DNA of 64,000 nt from contig NW_025765869.1 in NCBI RefSeq assembly GCF_003918875.1, positions 868,001 through 932,000 of the forward strand, read 5' to 3'. The notes under the pieces were generated by a model. That model was not told the DNA's origin and searched no databases. It saw only the letters and a program-made list of their open reading frames with translations. A program made the position numbers and the translations under genes. The stretch comes from Haliotis rubra. Lineage: Eukaryota. Within the stretch, counting starts at the first letter, position 1; every line of letters begins with the position of its first letter. Positions 37,001 to 49,000 of this stretch are shown here, in pieces.

Positions 37001-40000
37001 TCACTGCACTAATACAGCGGCAACATGGATGTGCGGTTGTGTAGCTGCATATGCTAGTTGTACTTATGTCAGTTGTTATAATGCCAGCTTACTCTGATTC
37101 CATGATGCATGGACAACACACTCTGGCACTATATATACTGACTCGGCAAACCTTTAAATGCAGAGCTATGGGTAAAAATAAGTACCAAATTTTAATGTCT
37201 ATTGGTGTTATACAACCACCGGGATTGAATCGCGACCCGTTGTCTCTGCAGGCAGATGCTCTACCCACTAGGCTGCTAATGAGTGAGTGACTATTATTTT
37301 ACACCACAATATTCCAGCAATATCACGGCAGGGGACACCAGAAATGGGCTTCACACATTATGCTCATGCAGGGAATCAAACCCGGGTCTTCAGTGTGACA
37401 AGAAGAGGCTTAAACCATCAGGCATACCGACGCCCCAAACCACTAATGGTTCTCCTGGAAACATGATCATGCCCACTGAAACAGTCATCAGGGCAGAGTG
37501 ATCTTCCTGGCCCTATGATACTCAGAGAAATGTCAGTATGTACACATGAAGCTACACCATGCATGTTGATTCTCTCAGTTCCACTCAGCTAAACATTAAC
37601 AGATAGTTCCTGCAAGATAAGACAGCTCCAGCAAGGCAGACATATGTTTACATCTGTTTATACATGTCCACATGCACCAGAGAAGTTCCAGGTTAGAATT
37701 GGTTGTCAGTAACCCCTGCATTTCCAAAGAGGCGACTGACGGGATTGGCAGTCAGACTCGCTGACTTGGCTGGTACATGTCGTGCAGATCTGTGCAGATC
37801 GATGCTCATGATATCAAGCACTGGATAGTCTGCTCCAGATTCTATATTTTACAGACTGACTGACTGACTGAGTTTGGTTTTATGCCGCTTTTAGCAATAT
37901 TCCAGCAACATCACGGCGGGCAACACCAGAAAATGGGCTTCACACATAGTACCCATGTGGGGATTTGAACCCGGGTCTTCGGCATGACGAACCAACGCTT
38001 TAACCACTAGGCTACCCCACCGCCCCTTTTTACAGACCGAGATAATACAGCTGGAACACTATGGAGTGTGGAGTTAAACAACAACTACACAAAACAAACA
38101 AACAAACATGTGTTCATGCTTACAGCTGCGCTGGCATCACTGACAATCCTGAATGTCCAGAACGGCTTGGTCATGTCGAACTGCTGTGACGGAGGTCGTG
38201 ACCCCTTGTTGTCCTTGTCCTTCTCCTTGCTGCCCTTGTCAGCCTTGCTCCCCTTGCTCTGCTTGCCCTTCTGGGTGGCAGCTGCAGGGGCCTTTTCCTT
38301 GGGGGGTGAGGGGGGACGCTCCTTGTAGGACACTGCAGAATATTGGTCAGCAATTGGTGATGCACCTAGCATTTACTTCACAAGCCAACTGACCAACAAA
38401 TAATTGCATCCAAACTGCATTAGAATATCAACACAACATGTAGCCTGATATGTCTTTGAAACAGCACACCCACATTACTAAATGCACATGGTTGTATTTA
38501 TCTGAGATATGCATTACTCGTACATGCATGATCTGTGACATGTCCATGGTAAATGTGACTAAGCTAAGATCAATAGCCAGGAACTGGTATTACAAAGGAG
38601 ATTAGTGGTGAGATCATCTAGATATAATTTTAATAGACGATCTCATCAAAGAGAAGTAAGTTGATGTTTTTCTTACAAGAGCTACTGAGAGCACGCACCT
38701 TTCAGTTCATTCTTCTCCTGTTCCTTGAGAGTCTGCACAAAGCCCCACTCCCCTCTCCGTCAGGGGCCAGCTGTTCTTCAGCACTGTGGCCTGGACTATG
38801 TACTTGTGAGGCTGGCATAAACAGAAAATGTTCATTTCCTTTCAAATATAACAAATATCTTAGCAGACCTCACTTATCAATAAATGTTACAAGTCAAAGA
38901 CAGTCATGATGGGTTGATTTCACAAAGAGATGAAGCCTGCAGAGATAAACAGGATGGTACTGTCAGTGGGTTTTGTTTGTTGGGCCAGATTTGTTTTTCT
39001 GATATGCACTCAGAAGACAATTTTCTTCACAATTTGCTGAAACAGTTTCATGTTTTAAAATCATAATGACCTTATCTAGTAATTGTAATGTCACAAGAAG
39101 TACCAGAGTCCCTTCTACGCAATGACAGATACTTTCACCAACATATTCAGACAGTTCTGTGATGATGACCCTGTGTGATGATGACCCTCCTGTATGACTC
39201 TCACCTTCGTGTCCTTTTCTTCTGGCTCCAAATCACTGATTCCAGCTTCAGAATGCTGACTGCTTCTCTGGAAATAGGTAGGCAATTGATGGATAAAATG
39301 TGTGAATCCTTTTAATTCACATCAGCAGTTGTTTGACCACTGGACATTTCTACTCACTTGTGGACAAGATTTGGATTGAACAATTCACATTTTAAAAAAG
39401 AACTGTTATGAACAACGTTACATTCTGCAACAGTCATCTAAGCACTTACCGAGTTCCTCCCATCAGCACTCCGGGCTGACTCTCCTCGCTTCCCCTTCCC
39501 GGCCATGTTTTGTGTGCTGGTTCCTCCCTTACCGCCACGGTTAGCTGCAACAACCATCACAAGGCTCATCACAATGATCTAGTTAAGTCCCTTGCAATAA
39601 ACCCTTAATTTCAATTGTTAAACCCAAAAGGTTTAAGACGTGAAACAGAAACGCACAACAGTGGGTGAGCAAGATTTTTGCTTTCTTGTGCAATGTTTCG
39701 GTTGTAAAAGGGGTATTCATGGTTAAGCTGCTGGCTAACAAAGGATCCTAATTGGTTTGAGATCTGGACCCCAAAGCCACGGCCAGACCATGTAGAGTAG
39801 TCTATTAAATTGGCAAACTGAAATCAAGGGCAGGTAATTTGAAATTGTGAGGACCACAGGAATAGATCCAGGTGTAACACAAGCCTTGGAGTGAGTGAGT
39901 ATGGTTTTACGCTGCTTTTAGCAGTATTCCAGCAATATCACGGCCGGGGACACCAGAAATGGGCTTCACACATTGTACCCATGTGGGGAATCGAACCTGG

Positions 40001-43000
40001 GTCTTCAGCTCGACGAGCGGATGCTTTAACCACTAGGCTACCCCACCGCCCTCTCACAAGCCTTGGAGGAATAGAGGATGCATAGGATCACAGCCCACTT
40101 GAAAGATGCAGATCCTGAACAGTGAAATGTGGGCCTTAGACAACTTATCCACCTGCTGAATACACACAAGAGATGACTGAGCCTGTATACTCACAGCTTC
40201 GAGAGCTGGACCTCTTAGCTTCTTGTTCCTCAGGGTTGTAGTCCTTCTGGAAGATGTACGCTGGGATGACGATGTGACCTTTGCCCACTGCGCTGATGAC
40301 CTCTTCTGTGTGGTCAAGGACTGACAGCTTGATATAGACATCAAGTTTGGAAGTGTTGACCTGTAGGCTGCCCAGATGGTCCTCTGTCACCTTTACAGTG
40401 TACCTGGAACACATACACGATACAGTGAGTTAATGGATGCAGTTGAACAGTGCTGTACCCAGCAATACTTCATATTCATCATGGAAGCCTCCACAACAGC
40501 AGCCGCTAGAGGAAAACATGTAGAAACATAAGCCAGAAGATGAAGATGGTTGCAACAGTGTTTTTATCCTAATGGGTACATGTGCATCCATGTTTAAAAA
40601 AACTTGGACCAAATTGATAGCAGAAGCCAAGAGTGAGTGAGTGTATTTTTACGCCACACTCAGCAATATTCCAGCTATATGGCGACGGTCTGTAAATAAT
40701 CGCGTCTGGTCCAGACAATCCAGTGATCAACAGCATGAGCATCGATCTGCACAATTGGGAACCGATGACATATGCCAACCAAGTCAGCCAGCCTGACCAC
40801 CCAATCCCGTTAGTCACCTCTTACGACAAGCATGGGTTGCTGAAGACACATTCTGACCCGGACCTTCACGGGTACAGTAGCCAAGAAAACTCCTTATTAT
40901 CAAATGACATGTTCCACAAGTAGCAGGGCAAGCAATAGGGCATCATTATTTATTTTGTTGTTAGCATATTTATTTTTAGTATAAAAGCAAACACTTTAAT
41001 TATTCCAATAGCAAAAATTATGATACTCATTATGATTAAAAGAAGCATGTACCTGAATATGGTATGTTTGGCATTTGGCAGGTAGTAGTCGCGGATTTCT
41101 TTAACAGTGAAGGAGCTGTTGACCTCCTGGTTGCGGGGGGAAGGGAGGGGACTGAGGGAACCGATCAGACGCATCCTCCAGCTCCCACTCATCATCCCCT
41201 GGTCCAGAGTCCGGGCCTCAGCTACGAATGTGTAGCCCTTCTGTTGACAGTAAGTATGGTGTTGTGTTAACTGAGACCATCTTATTGCACAACTACAAAC
41301 AGATTTACTTGACATGCGATCACTTGGTCTTCCTTTCCTCTTTTCTCAGATAAAGCCTCCATTAACAGATTTTCATTTTCTTGGAAACAAGTTCTATTGT
41401 TCTCCATTGCCAGTTCAATATTGTGAATCTACCATTACACAGTAATGTATAAACAGAAATTAGTTCATCTTGCAAGAACCTATCAACTTTTTATTTCTCA
41501 AATGTTGACACTTACTGAACTAGGGTAGATGATACCAAAGGAAGACATACTAGCATTCTAATCACACATAAAACCCTGAGAATACCAGAAACCACTACGA
41601 GATCATGTATACATGATGTGATTTATCCACCATTGTGATTGCCAACTCAGCAGAGATTACCCCAATTCACGAGTCTACATTCCATGGAGTCTCTACCAAC
41701 TGCTGCTGCTAAAGTTTCCTCCCTCTCTTACCCTGTTTTTCTTGTAGACGTACGGTGCCACCTTCTGGAAGACTCGAGGTATCTCCTCCCCGGTGTCATT
41801 GTTGACGACCCTCAGCATACACGTGTTGATGGGGACATACAGCTTGGGAACAGCCAACATCTCTTCCCTCACGTAAAACACTTCCCTGTTCATAACAAAG
41901 CACTTTTTACAGTTTCCTCTGACAAACGGTAAAGGCAATATTTGAGACAAGAATAAATGATATCTGAAGACACCGTTCAGCATACACGTGTTGATGGGGA
42001 CATACAGCTTGGGAACAGCCAACATCTCTTCCCTCACGTAAAACACTTCCCTGTTCATAACAAAGCACTTTTTACAGTTTCCTCTGACAAACGGTAAAGG
42101 CAACATTTGAGACAAGAATAAATGATATCTGAAGACACCGTTCATACAAATTTTAGCAAGCAGAAATAGGTAGGCAACGGGCATCAGTCTCACCACTGAA
42201 GAGTCTGATCTAAAAGAAATAATGGCCAAACAAAGTACGTATTTTAACCACAGTGTTACCTGACCACCCAGACAGCTGTAGGATTTATTGGTTTTGTCTG
42301 TTTCTTGTTTAATGTCAAACTCAGCAACATTCCAGCTATATGCTGAAGTGTTCAGACCATCCAATGACTAACATCATGACCACTGATCTACACAAGTGGC
42401 TGCAAGAATGAGACATGAGACTTGGAACTAACCTGAAGACTGTGAACCAGGTGTTGGGAGGCTGGTCAGGGTACACCCCCCTGTAATCAGCATAGGATAT
42501 CTTGTTCCACTCGTCCTTGTAGAACGGATATTTGGGCATGATGTCTGGGTCCCTCTTGAACATCTCCCTGTGTGAACGCATCAAGACAGAATATGTTCAT
42601 CACAAACACTGATTACATGTCCATTACAGTAATCTCAAGAAACCTCAAGCTCATTGCTGAAAAGATTTTAAAACATACACCATAAATCTCTGACATGTAC
42701 CTGAACAGATAAAGTCCATTGTCTTCGGCATTGGACTCCAAGATTGACCAGGATTTCTGAAGATCTTCGATAGCTTTCAAGTTCTCGTCAGTTCCTACAA
42801 AACAGTATCAGATTGAACTCAAAACATATCTTCAACCACAGCATTGAAGGTTCTAGAAAGGAATTAAAATGATCAAATGATGACAAATGTCAGAAGTTAG
42901 GAGTCTCAAACAAGAGGGAAACCTCGTTTTCTTAAATAGTCTCATCCCCGAAATGCTCAATTAATTCACAATCAGTTCGTATACTTCTTTTAAAAAATAG

Positions 43001-46000
43001 TTCTCTGGGTAAAAAGTATTGTGTGGCTACACTTTACTGAGTCAATGTCATTATCCAATTCAAAAAATTTCTCAAGGGAAACTTGAGAAGGATTAAGTAA
43101 TTGACAGCAGCACAGCCTGTGAAGATACCTGGTGTGCGAGCAGCCTTCATCTTGCGGACCCAGGCACCTCGGTGAGCCTTCTGAAGCTTCACTGCTGCCA
43201 CATGTTCATCGGGGGTTGGCTCTCTGTCAAACACGCAACATGGACTTGAATATTGACAAACGTAAAACTTGACAATTGAAACATCCAAATCAGAACAATT
43301 GGGGGTAACTTTTGACTTGCTGGAAAACTTAAGTTACAGAAAACTTTGAAATATTGTCATCAATTACCACAGATGTTAAAGCAGATGACATCTAGCCAGT
43401 TTCTTACACACGCAAGTTTTGGACTTCTGACATGATCAAGTTCATAAGAATGAATAAACTTATTGAAAAAGGCTGATTCGAATTCAAATACAATTTCAAC
43501 TAATCTTTAGTCAAGGAATTGCTTGTGATATTGCCTGTGTTTATCTACATTTCTTACAATCAACTCTTGTCAATGACTGGCTCATGTTTAAACATTACAT
43601 AAACACATCTATAAAACCATTATTCTGACATATTTTAGCACAACCCACACAATATAACATTCTTAGAAGTCAAAAACAAACTGTCTTTCATACGAACATA
43701 TCATTCTGATAACTAGTTTTAAAATACTAACTTAACTAGACTTAACATTATGCAGAGTTTGAGGGATAAGGAGGGCATATATTAAAATGAGAAGCATATT
43801 TTCTAGCATCTCTGTCAAGGAAGGTGAAACTAGATGAACAAACTCACCTGTTAGCCCACGTGTTCTCCACTTTCTCTGGTTCACCTACACAAGAAAGACA
43901 GAAACACCTGAACACTAGTACATGGTACATCACAGATGTATCAAACTAAAATATCACGATCAAAGTAATACCACATGCATCTCTCTCAGCTGACAAGCAC
44001 AGAATCACAACTTTCATTTCAGACAATCCCATCATATAGCATACAGTCACACCTTGTTTCAGAAGCACATGAATACATTGTACACCACAGATGGAAGAAA
44101 CTGAAACATCGCATTCAAAATACTAGCAGATGCATTTCTCAGCTGACAAGCATCTATTCACCAGTTTCATTTCAAACAATCCAATAAAAATGGAACATCG
44201 TTAATGTGGATAGTTTAAATCCACAAATCCCAGATACTAGAAAATTATTGTTTTAAACGTCGGTCTCAACTGGAGGGATAGGGGTTTATCTGGAACTGCT
44301 TTGGAAGAAATTAAGTCTCCAATGTACAGCAAATATCAGTAACATTCTCAACTTGGATAATGGTGAGGTGAGGTGAAAGTGGGTTTTACGTCGTTCTTGA
44401 GAATATTTCGCTCATATGACGACGTGCATGCATGTGTATGTGTATGTGCGCCTGCTTGTACTAGCCCAGACTTAGGCTGGTTTTATAGTGCTAGCCCACT
44501 GAGATACCATGCCGCAGTGAAGCATGAATACCCCACTCAGACACATTATACGGACTCCGAGCCGACCAGTCCTTGTTGTACCCATTAATGCCGAGCGCAA
44601 GACAGGGACCAACAAGTACCATATTTTAACGTCTTTTGGTATGACGCGGTCGGGGATCGAACCCGCGACCTTCCGCTCTCTGGGCGGACGCTCTAACCAC
44701 TACACCACGAAGGCGGTCTGGATAATGGTAACATACAGTCAAATCCCGATGAGTCGAATCGCTGGGGACCAAGTAATAAATTCGACTTATCGATGTATTC
44801 GAGACATAGATATGTCTATGAGGGTAGAAAAAAAGATGATCCAGTCCTAATTCCTCCACCTAAGCATTTGTTTACCAAATGATTTCCCTATCACTAATAG
44901 GGGCACCTTATCAGTTCCAGTCTGATTAGCACAGACAGTGATTTCCGTAAATCACTAATCTGCCTTTTTGAACTCATCCGTCAATGGCGGAAAGGTGTGA
45001 GCCGCGCTGGTTTGTTAATTGGATCAGTTTGCTACACCAATCAACTTCTCATTGACTGACTTTGGCTTATGTATACAAGATTACTGTTGTTTGAATCTCA
45101 TGGGACCAGATCTCCTTCTCGAGTCATCGTGTGTATTTATGAGACGACTTCGTGTAACCGGAAATCAAATGATGACAACTATAACAGGGAATGGTTGAGA
45201 CCGACAGGTACTTCGAGTTATGGATAATATTCGAGACACTGGCATTCGACTCATCGGGATTTGACTGTAGTTGAAACATATCTCACATATACACAGGTGA
45301 GGTGTAGTTTACTGATGCCAGGATCAATAACAAGGAAGGGGCATTATTGTATTGGTTACAATGTAATATTCAAAATTAGGACATAAAACATTCCACATTT
45401 TCAAATTACCTATTTCCTTGAAAATGCCTGCCAAGGGCACATAATTTGGAATCCTAGAAAAATTTCTTAGCTGTGTACAAATGATTTGTGTATAGGGCAA
45501 CTCATTAATCTGACTAATTGCAACAAGAAATGGTCCCTTCCAGATTGAAAATGTTTCATTTTAAGACTTCTGTTTGTCAGTGCTCCCACTGTTGGACATA
45601 TAGACACATTGTATCAGCATGTGAGGAAACAAACCCAGGGTCTGCCTAACTTCATACCAGATTCTAAATTTGTAATTCAGGTTACTTGGAAGATCATGAA
45701 CTATCTTCTTTTCAAAAAAGTATAACTGTATAACTATATTTAGCATCAGCTGGTTTTACTGACATTCTAAGTCGGTGACACATAAACAGCAAGGTGATAA
45801 TGTGTGCAATAGTTGTAACTCTGTGGCATGTGTTTATATTGTTGGATATGACCACTTATAAAACATGTAAGAAGCCTGAGTGAATTAAGAAAGACTGAAT
45901 TGCTTAACAGAATGTATGTATTGCCAAACAATAATCTCCATTCTATAAGACTGATATCCTCTGGTCTAAGGCAATATAAAGATTAGAAACATTTCATGTC

Positions 46001-49000
46001 TGCTTAACATTGTAGCATTTAAAGCCCTCCCCAAACTGAACCGTACAATGATACATATTAAAATTACACATCCATATATTATTACCCTTCCTTCCGTAAT
46101 ACACGCAGAAAATCATATCTGACTACGAGAGATTAATATGCTACGGTTGCAAACATTTCAGCTATATCTCAGTGTTTTTGGTGCTTGGGGTAGATCACAA
46201 TTCAAAATTTGTCAATTAAAAATCCTAATGACATAGGTATAAAATAACATGTCATCCTATGAACAATACATATTCACATAAATCATTTGTACAACCATAA
46301 GCTGCTCAGAACTTCAACCATAACCACAGCAGTCAGAGTTTGGTGCATATGGCAGAATCACAGTGACAGGAGTTGAAGATGATATCAAGTCAGATATGAG
46401 ATTAGATGGTATATACAAACATAAGGTCTTAACTTGGTCAAACCAAGGATTAAAAACACACCAGGGCCTAGATTTTCTGAGCTCTCTTAGCGCTAAGATA
46501 GTCGTAAGTGCCATACATTAACATTAACTTACGACTATCTTAGCGCTAAGAGAGTTTCGAAAATCTAGGCCCAGATCCTTGTACCTAAGGGACACAACTC
46601 TGCACGGCAAGGCAATGTGTTTGAAAGTGTGTGTGAATCTACATGATCAATCTTCATACAATAACAAAGGTAGATGATAAAACAGAATAACATACCCTCC
46701 GGAGGGGCCTCTATATGGTAGCATGTGTAGAAGAGAAAACTCATGATTAATACAGAGGTCAGATCACATCAAAGTACCAGATTATTCAAGATGTAGGCTG
46801 TCATATGGAAAATGATTCAGGAGATATTATGCTTGGTCAATTCAACATCTGAATCTGCATTGAATTATAGGAATAAAATATTTTAGACAGGGCACATTAC
46901 TCTCATAAAATCATTTTCCCATCAGTCATTAAAATTCTGAGAGTTTGCACCTTTTGAAAAGCAGAAAGTAGAAATTAGCATCACAAATATCAGCAATACC
47001 TGATTTAACAATTATTTTCATTAAGCTTACATGTTTTTATTTCGTGATGAAAGAATTTGCTTCATTATTTAAACTATAAAGTTTGTGAAATAATAACATT
47101 CATGATGTATATGTATATATATATTTGTTATGTATTATTTCACATATATAAAAACCAAAAAGTCTACTTTGCCCGTTCCACTATTAAACTAAGGTGAAAG
47201 CATGCAAAATAATATGTGGGTTTGGGTGAAAAACAGAAAATAATGTTTTTAGTAATACATATTATTTGTGCTCGGCATATTCATGATGTGCAGAGTGTAT
47301 TTTTTTAATGAAAATCTGACAGTGTGTAGTGTGAGTGAGTTTAGTTTTACACCGCTTTTAGCAATATTCCAGCAATATCACGAAGGGGGACACCAGAAAA
47401 GGGCCTCACATATTGTATCCATGAGGGGAATCGAACCCGGGTCTTCGGTGTGACAAGCGAACACTTTAACCACTGGGCTTCCCCAAAGCCCCTGACAGTG
47501 TGTTATGAAATACATCTTCATTAATTTTTGAGAACTAGTTTGATCTGGTCACTCAGGCACCACTTTTTTCAAGTGCTGGTTTACGAACCTTACATTCTTT
47601 GTAAAGAAAAGTGGGAAAAAATCATTATCTAAACAAATGCAAACATGTGTTGATCTGCCAAAATGTCTGCAAAAATATTACAATACACATGGTGTTAAGT
47701 ATGATAAAAAACCAGTTTCTTGAAGAAAATGTGTTCAACAAATTTTTCATACACCCAGATGATGTATCAGTATATGTATGCATGTGTTAGCAGTGGGGTG
47801 AGGCCGGGTAGGGCGGGGTGGATTCAGGGTGGGGATGGTCTTCATGAAGCAAGGCTTTACTGATTTGATTCTATCTAACTAATACCTGTATTTTATGCAA
47901 AAAAATGCAGTAAAACTAATAGAATGTAGCTCATGTAAAGGATTATTGAAAAGTAGAATAAATATCATATACACTGAGAGTTTTATAGAGTCTTGACGCC
48001 ATCCACAAACCATCCTCGAGCTTGGCATCTGTTTGTGGAACTAATTAGGAATATATTCTAACAGAGCCCTGTGTCAGTTCAAGGTTATCATATACCGATA
48101 ACTGCATCTGATCTTGTGTGAAAGCAGGTAAGCATGTAGAGCCTGTCACCATTCTTGGAATTGCAGCGGAACAATTTAAAACACACCACCACCACCACAC
48201 AATACAAACCTCCACCGGGACCACAGTTGTGTGTACAACAAACTCAATGAAATAAATTTATTGCAAGAAACAATATAAATTAATGGAAATATCAAGCCAA
48301 AATTAAGCAAAAACACTTCTATGACAAAAAGATCCCCCAAATTTTTATCAACAAATTTTGGCTCGACCAATTTGTGGTATATATTGGTTCGAAAATATTT
48401 ATGCAAAATATCATACAATGGTAATAGTGTTACCACTGACATTATGAATTATAGTGAGTAATACTGTAGTATGGGATAGAACTGTGCGTTGAGAAAATAC
48501 TGGTTAAAACCCCAATTATTCTGTGTTTCAGTTCACAGTTGAATTCCAAATCCACGTAATTGTAACAATAACTAAGAATTTTGTTTCACAAAATCAGAAT
48601 GAGTTTGTTGGTACACACAGTGACACATGTGCAAGTGACAACAACGCAATGTACGTGAAATTGACAACCCGCAACCACACACAACATACAGAATCAAAGC
48701 TGTTAGTCTAAGTGTATTTCAGCAACTTACGCTTTCCCTTATTTCCGGGTTTTGCTGAACCCCGGTGACTAGTCGTACCAGTGGCTGAAATTTGATTGGT
48801 CAACTACCAGTCACGTGACTACGTTTGCAACAAAACATAAGACATCTATGATTCAGCGAAAGCCTGCAAGCTACAACTCTGCCAAACCAAACTGTAAAAG
48901 AAAGTTAACTTGTGGGTGGTCCATCTAATGTGTAAAGAAAACTGAGCCCGAACATCTAGAGTGAAAAATCTTGGTATTTCTAGACAAAATTTGCATTTAA

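Noticed and set aside
42795-43128. Possible second U12 intron (donor GTATCTTC)
   Set aside because: Mismatch to GTATCCTT, and no TCCTTAAC branch site near the acceptor
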